Positions 38,795 through 50,463 of a DNA stretch of 64,000 bases are shown piece by piece. Below the pieces are notes generated by a model. That model did no database searches. It saw only the letters and a list, made by a program, of their open reading frames with translations, and was not told the origin of the DNA. The position numbers and the translations under genes are program-made. Position 1 is the stretch's first letter. Each line of letters opens with the position of its first letter. Source of the stretch: an uncultured Campylobacterales bacterium. Lineage in GTDB: Bacteria; Campylobacterota; Campylobacteria; Campylobacterales; Sulfurimonadaceae. The stretch covers positions 38,254 through 102,253 of the forward strand of contig CAYYRS010000001.1 in assembly GCA_964474335.1 (NCBI GenBank), in the 5' to 3' direction.

Positions 38795-40077
38795 TGCACT
38801 ATTTGATAGTAAGTTTTACACATAAAAATTCAGCTATTGCCATGCGAGAAAAATTATCATTTTCAAATGATGAGCAGATTTCTTGTTTAACGAAATTAAA
38901 AGAATCCTCTAGTATTAACGAGGCTATTTTAATTCATACATGCAATAGAACAGAAATTTTTGTTAGTTGTAGCAGTATTATGTCAGCTACACAATATATT
39001 TTTGAACTTTTACATCAACGAATTCATATAAGTATTGAAGAACTTGAAGGGCGTGCTGATATTTTTGATAATCAAGGTGCTATTCATCATCTTTTTACTG
39101 TAGCTTCATCACTTGATTCGCTTATAATAGGAGAAACACAAGTAACAGGTCAATTAAAAGATGCCTTTAGAAATTCTCTTGATAAAGGTTTTTGTGGTCA
39201 AAAGCTTTCACGAGCTATGCATTATGCTTTTAGATGTGCAGCGAGGGTGCGAAATCTAACCAATATTTCGTCAAGACCAGTTTCAATCGCAAGCGTAGCA
39301 ATTGCAAAGCTAAAAGAGGTGATACACAATATAGAAAATAAACAGGCTTTAGTGATAGGTGTTGGAGAGATGTCAGAGATTACAATTAAGCATCTATTGG
39401 CAAACAAGGTTAAGGTGCATATTACAAATAGAACTTATAAACATGCAAAAACATTAGCTCAAAAATATGATATAAAAATTATAGATTTTACAGATTTGCC
39501 TGATGCAATTAATAGATTTGAAATTATATTTACCGCTACATCATCACAAGAGCCAATAATTACAGATAAAGATATTAATAAATGTTGTTTTGAGAGATTT
39601 TGGTTTGATATGGCAATGCCAAGAGATATCAAATTAGAAGATACAAAACATATTAATCTTTTTCAAATAGATGATTTAAAATCTGTAGCTAATATAAATG
39701 TGCATCTAAGAGAAGATGAAGCAAAAAGTTCTTATGAAATTATTGGTCGTCAAACCATGCAATTTTATGAATGGTTGCAGACATTATCTGTTGAGCCAAT
39801 CATCAAACATTTATATCTAAAAGCAGATAGTGCTGCAGAAATTGAAACAACTAGGGTGGTTACAAAAAAATATCTTCCAAAAAAATATGAAAAACAACTT
39901 TTGAAAATGAATCAGCAAGTTTTAAAAAGATTTTTACATGGCATGGTTGATAAATTAAGAGATATTTCTGGAAATAGTGATGCAGATACGGTTATTGAAT
40001 CTTTAAAATTTTTATTAAATGATAATAATGCAACACTATTAAATGAATACAAATGCGAACATATAATTAAAGGTTAA
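38794..40077 (+). CDS. hemA: glutamyl-tRNA reductase
   Basis: Catalytic Cys motif [11 protein letters not shown] and NADPH-binding motif VIGVGEMSE. Confidence 0.92.
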   Translation: MHYLIVSFTHKNSAIAMREKLSFSNDEQISCLTKLKESSSINEAILIHTCNRTEIFVSCSSIMSATQYIFELLHQRIHISIEELEGRADIFDNQGAIHHLFTVASSLDSLIIGETQVTGQLKDAFRNSLDKGFCGQKLSRAMHYAFRCAARVRNLTNISSRPVSIASVAIAKLKEVIHNIENKQALVIGVGEMSEITIKHLLANKVKVHITNRTYKHAKTLAQKYDIKIIDFTDLPDAINRFEIIFTATSSQEPIITDKDINKCCFERFWFDMAMPRDIKLEDTKHINLFQIDDLKSVANINVHLREDEAKSSYEIIGRQTMQFYEWLQTLSVEPIIKHLYLKADSAAEIETTRVVTKKYLPKKYEKQLLKMNQQVLKRFLHGMVDKLRDISGNSDADTVIESLKFLLNDNNATLLNEYKCEHIIKG

Positions 40078-40079
40078 AT

Positions 40080-41774
40080 ATGCGAACATCAAAATTATAT
40101 ATTCCAACAAGTAAAGAGATGCCAGCTGATGCAGTATTAGCTAGCCATATTTTACTCATTCGTGGTGGTTTTATAACTCAAGTTGCAAGTGGTTTGTATA
40201 ATTTATTACCACTTGGAAAAAGAGTTTTAAGAAAAATTGAGACTATCATTCATGAGGAACTTCAATTAATTGGCGCTCAAGAAGTAGAACTTAGTTTTGT
40301 AACTCCCGCAAAACTTTGGCAAGAGAGCGGCCGTATTGAGAAATTTGGTAAAGAACTTTTGCGCTTTAAAGATAGAAAAGATAATCTTTTTGTATTAGGT
40401 CCCACACATGAAGAGATGATGGTAAACTTAGTTAAAAATAAAGTAACAAGTTACAAACAGTTACCACTTCATTTATATCAGATAAAAATAAAATTTAGAG
40501 ATGAAGCACGCCCACGTTTTGGACTTATGCGTGGTCGTGAATTTATTATGCAAGATGGATACAGTTTTCATGAAAATCAAGAAGATTTAGATAGAGAATT
40601 TACTATTTTAGAAAAAACATATAAAAAAATTTTAGATAGGCTTGGATTAAAATATAGGGTTGTTGAAGCTGATAGTGGGATTATTGGTGGGAGCGGCTCA
40701 AAAGAGCTAATGGTTTTAGCTAGCAGTGGAGAAGATACCTTAGTTATTTGTGATAGTTGCGAATATGGAGCAAATATTGAAGCTGCGGTGAGATCTAAAA
40801 AAGATATGACTACACAAATGACACACAATAAGTTTAAAAAAGTTAAAACAAAATCCATTAAAAGCATAGAAGATTTAAGTAAGTTTTTTAATATTGATTC
40901 TTATTATATTATAAAAACTGTTGCTAAAAGGATTATTTATAAGCAAGATAGTGAAATTGTTCTTTTTTTCTTACGAGGTTGTGATTTTTTACAAGAAGTA
41001 AAAGCTCTTAATGCAATTGGCGGTATCGATATTGTTGATGTTAGCGAAGATGAATTAAAAGAGATAGGCTTAGTCGCAGGTTTTATGGGTCCATTAGATG
41101 ACATATCTGTGAAGTTTATTTTAGATATTAGTTTGCGTGGTGAAACAGATATAATTTGTGGTGCAAATGAGTTAGATTATCATTATGTTGGTGTGGATTT
41201 ATCATCTTTTACAAATTATGTAGATATTGCTGAAGTGCAAGAGGGCAATAGCTGTCCTCATTGTTTGGGAAAATTATTATATACAAAAGGTATAGAAGTA
41301 GGGCATATTTTTAAGTTAGGAACTACATATTCAAAAGCTTTAAAAGCTGAATTTTTAAATAATCAAGGTAGAGCAGAGCCATTTATTATGGGCACATATG
41401 GTATGGGTGTTAGTCGTTTAATTGCAGCAATTATTGAACAACATCATGATGAAAAAGGCATGATATGGACAAAACAAAGTGCGCCATACTTTGTAAATAT
41501 CATGATATCTAATATTAAAAATGTGGAGCAAGTAGATTTTGGCGAAAAATTATATTCTAATCTTTTAGATAAGGGTGTTGAGGTTATTTTAGATGATACA
41601 AAAGAGAGATTTGGATATAAAATGAAAAATGCCGAACTTATTGGATATCCATATACCGTAATAATAGGCAAAGAGTTGCAAAATGGTTATATACAACTCT
41701 TTAATAGAGCTACATTAAAAAAAGAAGATATTAAAAAAGAAGATATCTTTAATCATATTTTAAATGAGATATAG
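40080..41774 (+). CDS. proS: proline--tRNA ligase
   Basis: Class II motifs, including [24 protein letters not shown] and [10 protein letters not shown], with a bacterial-type insertion (editing) domain. 564 aa. Confidence 0.95.
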   Translation: MRTSKLYIPTSKEMPADAVLASHILLIRGGFITQVASGLYNLLPLGKRVLRKIETIIHEELQLIGAQEVELSFVTPAKLWQESGRIEKFGKELLRFKDRKDNLFVLGPTHEEMMVNLVKNKVTSYKQLPLHLYQIKIKFRDEARPRFGLMRGREFIMQDGYSFHENQEDLDREFTILEKTYKKILDRLGLKYRVVEADSGIIGGSGSKELMVLASSGEDTLVICDSCEYGANIEAAVRSKKDMTTQMTHNKFKKVKTKSIKSIEDLSKFFNIDSYYIIKTVAKRIIYKQDSEIVLFFLRGCDFLQEVKALNAIGGIDIVDVSEDELKEIGLVAGFMGPLDDISVKFILDISLRGETDIICGANELDYHYVGVDLSSFTNYVDIAEVQEGNSCPHCLGKLLYTKGIEVGHIFKLGTTYSKALKAEFLNNQGRAEPFIMGTYGMGVSRLIAAIIEQHHDEKGMIWTKQSAPYFVNIMISNIKNVEQVDFGEKLYSNLLDKGVEVILDDTKERFGYKMKNAELIGYPYTVIIGKELQNGYIQLFNRATLKKEDIKKEDIFNHILNEI

Positions 41775-42191
41775 ATGATTTATTTTTTAATATATCTATT
41801 TTTAGAAGTTGTGATATCTGTTGAAATTTCATCTGTTATAGGACCATTGTGGACATTTATTGAAATTATTTTGACAGCATTTATAGGCATATCTATGTTA
41901 ATTAATTTTCGTACCACATTTTTGAAAAATTTAACCGTAGTATCATATAATTGTATAAATTTAAAAGAGTTTCAACGATTAAATCTATTTAGTGTAATAG
42001 GTGCAATTTTTTTAATTTTACCAGGATTTTTATCAGACATTATAGGCTTATTGTTACAATTTTCTGTTATGACTAATATGTTTGTTAATTATTATGGTGT
42101 AAAATCTAGCAAATGTAAATCAAATATTAATAAAAAGGACGATAATGTTATCGATGTTGAAATTATTGATGAGCATAGCTCTATTAAGTAG
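41775..42191 (+). CDS. fxsA: FxsA family membrane protein
   Basis: N-terminus MIYFLIYLFLEVVISVEISSVIG and LILPGFLSDIIGLLL. Confidence 0.8.
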   Translation: MIYFLIYLFLEVVISVEISSVIGPLWTFIEIILTAFIGISMLINFRTTFLKNLTVVSYNCINLKEFQRLNLFSVIGAIFLILPGFLSDIIGLLLQFSVMTNMFVNYYGVKSSKCKSNINKKDDNVIDVEIIDEHSSIK

Positions 42192-42999
42192 TTTATTTAT
42201 TGCACATGCAAGTGCGAATACTCAAGCCACCCGGGTATTATCATTTTTAAAACAAAGGATTGGAGATAATCCAAAGATTAGTAATTTGAAAATTAAAATT
42301 TTAAGTCATAGACTACTAAAAAATCCTAAAGGGTGGACTGCTTATGCAGTTGTATTTCATGCAGATACAAAAATTGGTAAACAAAAAAAATCAGTTTCAC
42401 AAAGATCAGTTTATTTTGCAAAAAATGGAATGTTAACGACTGAATTTATTGATATGAAAACTGGTCAAAAAATTAATGATTTAATTACACCAAAATTTAA
42501 AAAGGCATATTATACAAAAAGTAATCTTTTGTATGGTCATGCAGATGCAAAATATAAAGTAGCAATTTTTTCAGATCCATTATGCCCATTTTGTCAAGAG
42601 TTTGTTCCCCCAGCATTAAGATACATGAGAAAATATCCAAATATTTTTGCTGTGTATTATTATCATTTTCCACTATCATTGATACATCCTGCTTCGCCTA
42701 CAATTGTAAAAGCTGCAATTTTTATGGAGTTAAAAGGTGATAAGTCTATAATTTTACGATTGTATGGCTTACATATAAATATTGCACAAACAAACCAACA
42801 GAAAATTTTAAATAAGTTTAATAAACAGCTAGATACACATGTAACGCTTAAAGATATTCATACAATTATGGTAGCCGATGCATTTAAACGCGATGAACAA
42901 ATAGGTGATATTTTAATGGTTAGAGGAACTCCTACCTTCTTCTTTAATGGTGTCATTGATCCAGCAAAAACAAAATATAAGCGTGTAAAGGTAAAATGA
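42145..42999 (+). CDS. periplasmic thiol:disulfide interchange protein (DsbC/DsbG-like, thioredoxin fold)
   Basis: Signal peptide, an N-terminal dimerisation-like domain and the CxxC active site FSDPLCPFCQEF. The exact start is uncertain (42145, 42154 or 42169). Confidence 0.8.
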   Translation: MLSMLKLLMSIALLSSLFIAHASANTQATRVLSFLKQRIGDNPKISNLKIKILSHRLLKNPKGWTAYAVVFHADTKIGKQKKSVSQRSVYFAKNGMLTTEFIDMKTGQKINDLITPKFKKAYYTKSNLLYGHADAKYKVAIFSDPLCPFCQEFVPPALRYMRKYPNIFAVYYYHFPLSLIHPASPTIVKAAIFMELKGDKSIILRLYGLHINIAQTNQQKILNKFNKQLDTHVTLKDIHTIMVADAFKRDEQIGDILMVRGTPTFFFNGVIDPAKTKYKRVKVK

Positions 43000-43000
43000 C

Positions 43001-43954
43001 ATGCAAAAATTAATTATTGCAACAAGAGGAAGTAAACTAGCCTTATGGCAATCTAATCACATCAAAAATATACTCCAAGAGCAAAATCAAAATCTTGAAG
43101 TTTCTCTAAATGTTATTGTAACAACAGGAGATAAAATTTTAGATAAACCGCTCTCTGCCATAGGTGGAAAAGGTTTGTTTTTAAAAGAGCTTGAAGACGC
43201 TATGTTAAAAGGTGAGGCTCATTTAGCAGTCCACTCATTAAAAGATGTACCAACAATTTTGCCACAAGGTTTTACACTTAGTGCTATTACAAAAAGAGAA
43301 GATTTTCGTGACGCACTTTTATCTTTTAAATATCAAAATCTTGAAGCATTACCAAAAAATGCAATAGTTGGTACATCATCTTTAAGACGTCGTATGCAGA
43401 TATCTATGCTTCGTCCTGATATTATTATCAAAGATTTACGCGGAAATGTTGATACAAGAATTAAAAAACTAAAAAATGGTGATTTTGATGCAATCATATT
43501 AGCTAGTGCTGGTATAAATCGTCTCGGATTTAATGATAATGTAAAATATTATCATAATATTTCATTAGATGAGATGATACCATCAATGGGACAAGGAGCA
43601 TTGGGTATTGAAGCAATAAATAATAATAAAATCATAAAGATTGTATCTAAACTTCAAGATAATAAAAGTATGATAGAAACAACAATAGAGCGAGATTTTG
43701 TGGATTCATTAGATGGAGGATGTCAAGTACCAATAGGCGTTAGTGCTGCATTTATAGATGAAAATAACATAGAAGTTAGAGCAATACTTGGTTTACCAGA
43801 TGGTTCTGAAATTTTGCAAGATAAACAAATTGTAAATAAAAATAATTTCACTAATATCGGTAAAATTATAGGTCAAGAATTTATAAAAAAAGGTGCAAAA
43901 GAGTTGCTAAAACGTGCTGAAATTATGGCATCAAATATTAATTCAACTTTATAA
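43001..43954 (+). CDS. hemC: hydroxymethylbilane synthase (porphobilinogen deaminase)
   Basis: Contains IATRGSKLALWQ, LRGNVDTRIKKL and GGCQVPIG. Confidence 0.95.
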   Translation: MQKLIIATRGSKLALWQSNHIKNILQEQNQNLEVSLNVIVTTGDKILDKPLSAIGGKGLFLKELEDAMLKGEAHLAVHSLKDVPTILPQGFTLSAITKREDFRDALLSFKYQNLEALPKNAIVGTSSLRRRMQISMLRPDIIIKDLRGNVDTRIKKLKNGDFDAIILASAGINRLGFNDNVKYYHNISLDEMIPSMGQGALGIEAINNNKIIKIVSKLQDNKSMIETTIERDFVDSLDGGCQVPIGVSAAFIDENNIEVRAILGLPDGSEILQDKQIVNKNNFTNIGKIIGQEFIKKGAKELLKRAEIMASNINSTL

Positions 43955-43965
43955 TAATTATTAAT

Positions 43966-45777
43966 ATGCAAAAAACAATAGAGTTATTAAAAAAATATAA
44001 TGAACTAAGTGTAATTGATGAAGAGGTCGATATTTATCTTGAAATTGCTCATATTGCGTATGCTGAAGTCAAAAAAGAGGGCGGTGGAAAGGCTCTACTT
44101 TTTACAAAAGTAGTAGATAAAAATAAAAGGTTTAGCGTACCAATTTTAATGAATCTTTTTGGCTCATATGCAAGATGCGAATTACTATTTGGTAGAGAAG
44201 TTGAATCAATTGCCGATGAGATAACAAAGCTTTTACATTTAAAGCCACCAAGTGGTTTTAGAGCAAAAGTCTCAATGCTAGGTAATTTGTTTGCATTAAA
44301 AAATATCTTTCCAAAGCGTTTAAAATCAAAAGGTGAATGTCAAGAGATAAAATATTTGGATAAAGAGATTGATTTGTTTAAGCTTCCTGTATTAACGACA
44401 TGGGAACAAGATGGCGGAGCATTTATTACTATGGGACAAGTTTATACGCAAAGCCTTGACGGTGATATGGTTAATCTTGGAATGTATAGACTTCAGTTAT
44501 ATGATAAAAATCATTTAGGAATGCACTGGCAGATACATAAAGATTCATCACATTTTTTTGATCAGTATAAAAAAGTTAATGCAAAAATGCCCGTTTGCAT
44601 CTGTATAGGAGGAGATCCTCTCTATACATGGTGTGCAACAGCCCCCCTTCCTTACGGTGTTAATGAACTGCTTATGTATGGATTAATAACAAAAAAACCA
44701 GCAAAGCTTGTAAAATCACTTACTACACCTTTGTATATTCCTTATAATGTGGATTATGTCATAGAGGGGTGGGTTGATCCACAAAAATCACAAATTGAGG
44801 GACCATTTGGCGATCATACTGGATACTATACATTAAAAGAACCATATCCAATACTAAAAGTTAGTGCTATAACCTCTAAAAAAGCTCCTGTTTATCTCGC
44901 CACCGTGGTAGGTAAACCACCACTTGAAGATAAATATATGGGTTGGGCAACTGAGAGAATATTTTTACCACTTTTAAAAACAAATGCACCAGATTTACTA
45001 GATTATCATATGCCCGAAAATGGTGTATTTCATAATCTTATTTTTGCTAAAATGAAGCCTCGTTATAAAGGTCATGCTAAGCAGTTTATGCATGTTTTTT
45101 GGGGTGTGGGGCAGATGAGTTTTGTAAAACATGTTATTTTTGTAAATGATGATGCACCAAAATTAACTGACTATGAACTATTTACTGCCTATGTGCTAGA
45201 TAGATTCTCACCTAAAAAGATTTTAATAACGCAAGGCATTACTGATGCGTTAGATCATTCATCACCAGAATCTTTAATTGGAGCAAAACTAGGAATTGAT
45301 GCAACATTGCCCGATAATAATTTATTACATGTGAAGCTCTTAAAAGATAATCAACTTTTTAAGCTCATTAAAGAGTTGATTTTTGAAATATCAGATATTA
45401 AACAATATATGTTGCACACAAAAAATCCAATAACTGTGATAGCTATTAACAAAACTAAACCTATAAAAGAGTATTTTGATATTTTATTTGGACTAAAAGA
45501 TTATTTACGAGTTATTGTTTTTGTAGATGAAAAAGATAATAATCTCTCAAATGCCTATATGCTTGTATGGAGAGTTGTAAATAACATAGATGCAAGTCGT
45601 GATATATTTATCTCCGATTTGATGGTTGGTATTGATGGTACAACTAAAAATGAGATTGATAATTTTAAAAGAGAGTGGCCACAAGATGTTACATGCACGG
45701 CGAGTGTTGTGCGTAGTTTAAAAAAACGTAATTTGTGGACATTAGATGATGAGATTTATAAAAAATTTTACATGTAA
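43966..45777 (+). CDS. UbiD-family decarboxylase (menaquinone-biosynthesis type)
   Basis: 603 aa. UbiD-like core GGAFITMGQVYT...GMHWQIHKD...GPFGDHTGYY. Confidence 0.8.
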   Translation: MQKTIELLKKYNELSVIDEEVDIYLEIAHIAYAEVKKEGGGKALLFTKVVDKNKRFSVPILMNLFGSYARCELLFGREVESIADEITKLLHLKPPSGFRAKVSMLGNLFALKNIFPKRLKSKGECQEIKYLDKEIDLFKLPVLTTWEQDGGAFITMGQVYTQSLDGDMVNLGMYRLQLYDKNHLGMHWQIHKDSSHFFDQYKKVNAKMPVCICIGGDPLYTWCATAPLPYGVNELLMYGLITKKPAKLVKSLTTPLYIPYNVDYVIEGWVDPQKSQIEGPFGDHTGYYTLKEPYPILKVSAITSKKAPVYLATVVGKPPLEDKYMGWATERIFLPLLKTNAPDLLDYHMPENGVFHNLIFAKMKPRYKGHAKQFMHVFWGVGQMSFVKHVIFVNDDAPKLTDYELFTAYVLDRFSPKKILITQGITDALDHSSPESLIGAKLGIDATLPDNNLLHVKLLKDNQLFKLIKELIFEISDIKQYMLHTKNPITVIAINKTKPIKEYFDILFGLKDYLRVIVFVDEKDNNLSNAYMLVWRVVNNIDASRDIFISDLMVGIDGTTKNEIDNFKREWPQDVTCTASVVRSLKKRNLWTLDDEIYKKFYM

Positions 45778-45825
45778 TGTAATTTTTTAGTTGAAATTAC
45801 ACTACATATATCATGGGAGAAGTTT

Positions 45826-47226
45826 ATGGAAAAAATATGGTCAGGTCGCTTTAGTAAAGGTGCTTCATCTTTGCTTGATGAGTTTAATGCTTCTATCATG
45901 TATGATAGAAAGTTATATCGTGAAGATATTGAAGGCTCAATTGCACATGCAAAAATGTTGCAAAATATTGGGATTTTAACTCTCGATGAGCTTAAACAGA
46001 TTATAAATGCTTTGCAAGAAATTAAACAAGAGATAGAAGAAGATAAATTTGAGTGGAAGCTCTCAGATGAAGATTTACATATGGCGATAGAGAAGCGCTT
46101 AACTGTAAAAATAGGTGATCCTGGAAAAAAACTTCACACAGCAAGAAGTAGAAATGATCAAGTTGCTGTTGATTTTAGAAGATTTGTACTACGTCAAAAT
46201 AGTGAGATTAAGGAATTAATATCAATATTAATGCAAACAATAGCTGATGTAGCATCAAAACATACAAAGACATTATTTCCTGGTATGACACATCTCCAAC
46301 ATGCTCAGCCCATAAATTTTGCTTTTCATCTTAGTGCATATTTAAGTATGTTTAAGCGCGATATACAAAGATTTGAAGATTCATACAAGAGAAACAATGT
46401 ATCTCCCCTTGGTTGTGCTGCACTTGCTGGAACTCCGCATAATATTGATAGAGAATTAACAGCAAAACTTTTAGGATTTGATAAAGTAAGCATAAATTGT
46501 TTAGATAGTGTGAGTGATCGAGATTTTGCACTTGAGATACTTTTTAATATCTCAACACTGATGATGCATGTCTCACGTTTATCTGAAGAGCTTGTTTTGT
46601 GGTCTAGCTATGAGTTTGGTTTTATTGAGTTAAGCGATGAATATTCTACAGGCTCATCAATAATGCCACAAAAGAAAAATCCAGATGTTCCAGAGCTTTT
46701 ACGAGGAAAAACAGGTCGGGTTTATGGTGCACTCTTCGGACTTTTTACTGTTATGAAGGGGTTGCCTCTGGCGTATAATAAGGATACGCAAGAGGACAAA
46801 GAGGGTGTTTTTGATGCAATTTCAACCGTTAAAATTTCTTTAACTATTTTAAATGAAGCTTTTAAGGGCTTAAAAGTTAAAATACAAAATATGCAAATAG
46901 CTTGTAAAAAAGGGCATTTAAGTGCCACTGATTTAGCAGATTATTTAGTACAAAAATGTGGAGTAGCCTTTAGAGAGGCTCATTTCATCACAGGTCGTGC
47001 GGTAGCTAAAAGTGAGGAACTAGGCATTGATTTAAGTGATATTTCATTTGATACATTAAAAACAATTGATGAGAGAATTAAAAAAGATGTTTTAGAAGTT
47101 TTATCCATCAGACACTCCATGAATGCGCGAAATTCGCAAGGTGGAACATCTACAACAAGAACAATAGAACAGTTGCAATATTTTAAAAATTATTTAAAGG
47201 ATTTAAAGAATGAAAGTGGTAATTAG
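45826..47226 (+). CDS. argH: argininosuccinate lyase
   Basis: Fumarate-lyase signature [13 protein letters not shown] and N-terminal WSGRFS. Confidence 0.96.
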   Translation: MEKIWSGRFSKGASSLLDEFNASIMYDRKLYREDIEGSIAHAKMLQNIGILTLDELKQIINALQEIKQEIEEDKFEWKLSDEDLHMAIEKRLTVKIGDPGKKLHTARSRNDQVAVDFRRFVLRQNSEIKELISILMQTIADVASKHTKTLFPGMTHLQHAQPINFAFHLSAYLSMFKRDIQRFEDSYKRNNVSPLGCAALAGTPHNIDRELTAKLLGFDKVSINCLDSVSDRDFALEILFNISTLMMHVSRLSEELVLWSSYEFGFIELSDEYSTGSSIMPQKKNPDVPELLRGKTGRVYGALFGLFTVMKGLPLAYNKDTQEDKEGVFDAISTVKISLTILNEAFKGLKVKIQNMQIACKKGHLSATDLADYLVQKCGVAFREAHFITGRAVAKSEELGIDLSDISFDTLKTIDERIKKDVLEVLSIRHSMNARNSQGGTSTTRTIEQLQYFKNYLKDLKNESGN

Positions 47227-47677
47227 TCATATTGATGGAATGAAATTTGAAGCAAAAACAGCTAAAAGCAGTTTTGTGATAGATTGTCCAATCATATCCC
47301 CAGTTGAATATTTTTTAAGCGGAATCATTACATGTAGTGCAACAGATATAATAATGCTCCCAAAAAAGAAAAATATTATAGTTACAGATTTAAAAGTAAC
47401 AGGCGATGCTTTGCGAAATGAAGATTATCCGCAAAAATTTAATGAGTTACATCTCTTGTATGAATTTAATTCAGATACAGACGACAAATCAGCAGCTAGA
47501 TACGTAATGGCATCATTGCAAACATATTGTTCAACTATTAATACTATTAGAAGTGATGTAAAAATTAGTTATTCAGTTATTCATAATGGTGATTTAATTG
47601 CAGATAAAGTAGAGTTAATCTCTGCAACCGCATCTATTTGTTCTGAGTTTGGAGAGATTGAGAGTTGTCCAGCATAA
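47210..47677 (+). CDS. OsmC/Ohr-family-like protein
   Basis: 155 aa. The OsmC-like layout has two Cys-containing segments ([19 protein letters not shown]). It overlaps the argH end by 17 nt. Confidence 0.6.
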   Translation: MKVVISHIDGMKFEAKTAKSSFVIDCPIISPVEYFLSGIITCSATDIIMLPKKKNIIVTDLKVTGDALRNEDYPQKFNELHLLYEFNSDTDDKSAARYVMASLQTYCSTINTIRSDVKISYSVIHNGDLIADKVELISATASICSEFGEIESCPA

Positions 47678-48851
47678 GTTTGTTATAAGCTAACATTCTA
47701 CGTGAAACATTTTTAAGATAATCTCTTGTTTGCTTGTATTTTAAATGATAATAAAGTGTATTATAAACCTCTTTAGGTGTTAATTGATTTATCACGCGAG
47801 CTGCTTCGTGTGGGTTATATGTTTTTGTAAATACCCATGCCACGTTGCCAGCTCCTGTATTATATGCAGCAATTGTGCAATACAATCTGCTATGCGGATT
47901 TTTAATATCGCTTAAATATTTGTAATATAAAAGATGCAAATAAGCACTTCCTAGTTGTATGTTATTTGAACTATTATACAAATACCAACTACTTACAAGT
48001 TTTTGTTGATTGTAAAGATAATTATAAGCATCCATACCAGCAGATGTTGGAACGATTTGCATCAATCCATAAGCTGGTACGTAAGACCTTGCACGCGGAT
48101 TAAAGCTACTTTCTGTTTGTATAATGGCTAAAATTAAACTGATACCAATTTGTTCTTTAACGCCATATCTTTTAATTTTATCAAGATATAATTTAGCTCT
48201 TTTTAGCATGGCATCAGGAGGTAGAGTTACTTTGACACTATAGATAAATGAATTTGTAACTTTTTGTGCTTTTGTTATCTTTATGTGATTAAAAATATGT
48301 ATTTTTACATATTTTTTTATCATCTGTTTCGTAGGTGTTTTGTTAAAAATTACAGTCGATAGTATCGGTTTAGTTGATGCTGGTGATATGAGCAAATTAG
48401 TTGGCTTTTTGATTTTTGATAATTTAATCTGCAAAGGATCTGTTTTATTAATTTGTGCATTATTGATAGTAATTACTCTTGCTAAAGCATTTTTTAAACG
48501 TAATTTAGCTTCTTTTTTTGATTTAGCAATTGTTTTGATTGTGATTGTTTCATTTTTAAAATTTACATTAGTTTGTGTTAGTTTATCTGGTGTATAGGAG
48601 AGCCATGTTTTTTTTGTCGAAAGTGTGGGATTAACCCAAAATTTTGCTATTTGTTTTTTGTATATATTAAAAACTTTTAATTGTGCTTGTCTATATTTTT
48701 GAAAACTAAGCTGCTCGGCGTGTTTGTATCTATTGAATTGTTTAATTTTTGTATTAATCGCTTTATTTTGTTGCGCTTTAAATTGCGTAAAGGTTTGTGC
48801 ATTAGCTAAAACAGTAAATATAATGAATGAAAAGAATATTTTTTTAAGCAT
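47634..48851 (-). CDS. lytic murein transglycosylase (MltC/Slt family)
   Basis: Signal peptide and SLT catalytic motifs IIQTESSFNPRA, GLMQIVP and AAYNTGAGNV. Confidence 0.88.
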   Translation of the reverse strand: MLKKIFFSFIIFTVLANAQTFTQFKAQQNKAINTKIKQFNRYKHAEQLSFQKYRQAQLKVFNIYKKQIAKFWVNPTLSTKKTWLSYTPDKLTQTNVNFKNETITIKTIAKSKKEAKLRLKNALARVITINNAQINKTDPLQIKLSKIKKPTNLLISPASTKPILSTVIFNKTPTKQMIKKYVKIHIFNHIKITKAQKVTNSFIYSVKVTLPPDAMLKRAKLYLDKIKRYGVKEQIGISLILAIIQTESSFNPRARSYVPAYGLMQIVPTSAGMDAYNYLYNQQKLVSSWYLYNSSNNIQLGSAYLHLLYYKYLSDIKNPHSRLYCTIAAYNTGAGNVAWVFTKTYNPHEAARVINQLTPKEVYNTLYYHLKYKQTRDYLKNVSRRMLAYNKLMLDNSQSLQTQNK

Positions 48852-48860
48852 GATAGAATT

Positions 48861-49217
48861 TTACAAAAAATCTTTTGGGTCAGCATCACATATGTGGTCA
48901 AATTTTAATTTTGCTCCGCCTAAGATATGCCAATGTAAATGTTTTACCTCTTGCCCGCCATTTTCGCCAACATTTGTCATGATTCTATAACCATTTTTAT
49001 CAATATCAACAAGTTTAGCTAAGCTTTGCATAAAAGTGGTCATTTTTGCCATCATTGAAGCGTTCACTTCATTAAAACTATCAACATGAACTTTTGGAAT
49101 CACTAAAATATGTACAGGAGCTTTTGGATTTATATCATGAAATGCCATAAAATCATCATCTTCTAATTCAATATTTGCGGATATCTCTTTATTTACAATT
49201 TTACAAAATAAACACAT
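48861..49217 (-). CDS. HIT family (HinT-like) nucleotide hydrolase
   Basis: Histidine triad VKHLHWHILGG and N-terminal CLFCKI. Confidence 0.9.
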   Translation of the reverse strand: MCLFCKIVNKEISANIELEDDDFMAFHDINPKAPVHILVIPKVHVDSFNEVNASMMAKMTTFMQSLAKLVDIDKNGYRIMTNVGENGGQEVKHLHWHILGGAKLKFDHICDADPKDFL

Positions 49218-49470
49218 TTATATTACCTTTTTTATAACTGATTCTACACACTTTTGCAAAAAAAGTATTGTAGAATCCATTCGCTTCTTAAAAAAACAGT
49301 GTCTTTTTATTGCCATTTAAACGCTTTGCTTGTTTTGTAATGTAACACCAGTTATAAGTTTAGCATAATTTTAATATTTTTTTATTAAAACATTATCGTC
49401 TCTTACTTATCAAGCTTTTTATAATTGATATATGAGTATAATAAAATAAAAATAAATTGGAGACTCCGCG

Positions 49471-50463
49471 TTGAAAGAGTGGTATCAAAAGATCAGTTTA
49501 GCTGATAGTTTAGACAAATTAGAAGAGATTCGCATAGCAATTTTTGGAAAAAAAGGTATTTTAGCACAGGAATTTGCTAAGATGAAGAGTATTGCAAATG
49601 ATAAAAAAGCAGAATTTGCAAAAGAGTTAAATATTCAAAAAAGTACGTTAACTCAATTAATGCAAGAGCAAAAAACAATTTTACAGGCAAAAGAGCTAGA
49701 GTTTTTATTAAAATCGCAAGAGCTAGATGTTTCATTATACAGCACAACATCACAAATGGGTGCTTTGCATCCTGTTATGCAAACAATGGATAAAATTGTA
49801 GAATATTTTACTTCTATGAATTTTTCAATACAATTAGGTTCTATGATTGAAGATGATTTTCATAATTTTGAAGCACTAAATCTTCCAAAATATCATCCAG
49901 CACGAGATATGCAAGATACTTTTTATTTTAAAGATGAGAAGCTTCTTCGTACACATACGTCACCAGTTCAGATAAGAACCATGTTGCATGAAAAACCACC
50001 AATTCGTATGATATCGCCTGGTGCAGTTTTTAGGAGAGATTATGATTTGACGCATACTCCGATGTTTCATCAAGTAGAAGGATTATTGGTTGATGAGGCA
50101 GATAAAGTTTCGTTTGCTAATTTAAAATTCATATTAGAAGACTTTTTAAAATATATGTTTAATGATATCAAAGTTCGTTTTCGTCCAAGTTTTTTTCCTT
50201 TTACGGAGCCATCTACTGAAGTTGATATTTCATGTGTTTTTTGTCAAGGTAAAGGCTGTCGCGTTTGCTCACACACCGGCTGGTTAGAAGTTTTAGGTTG
50301 TGGAATAATTGACCAAAATGTTTTTAAAGCAGTTGGATATAAAGAGGTAAGTGGCTATGCATTTGGTTTGGGTGTTGAGCGTTTTGCTATGTTAATTCAT
50401 CGTATCGGAGACCTTCGTTCGCTTTTTGAAGGAGATATAAGATTATTGGAGCAGTTTGTATGA
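49471..50463 (+). CDS. pheS: phenylalanine--tRNA ligase alpha subunit
   Basis: Motif 2 [18 protein letters not shown] and motif 3 [17 protein letters not shown] start with a GGAG RBS. Confidence 0.95.
   Translation: MKEWYQKISLADSLDKLEEIRIAIFGKKGILAQEFAKMKSIANDKKAEFAKELNIQKSTLTQLMQEQKTILQAKELEFLLKSQELDVSLYSTTSQMGALHPVMQTMDKIVEYFTSMNFSIQLGSMIEDDFHNFEALNLPKYHPARDMQDTFYFKDEKLLRTHTSPVQIRTMLHEKPPIRMISPGAVFRRDYDLTHTPMFHQVEGLLVDEADKVSFANLKFILEDFLKYMFNDIKVRFRPSFFPFTEPSTEVDISCVFCQGKGCRVCSHTGWLEVLGCGIIDQNVFKAVGYKEVSGYAFGLGVERFAMLIHRIGDLRSLFEGDIRLLEQFV

Noticed and set aside
45791-45979. 62-aa ORF overlapping the argH start
   Set aside because: It is out of frame with the clearly conserved argH N-terminus (WSGRFS) and has no motif or RBS.
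49218-49470. Largest intergenic region (HIT/pheS divergent). It was examined for a pheST leader peptide or attenuator, a small RNA or a T-box
   Set aside because: The only features are a 9-bp inverted repeat (GATTCTACA 49240-49248 / TGTAGAATC 49269-49277) and a trivial 5-codon ORF (MSIIK) with no Phe codons. There is no GC-rich structured RNA and no terminator/antiterminator pair, so I read it as an ordinary AT-rich divergent promoter region.
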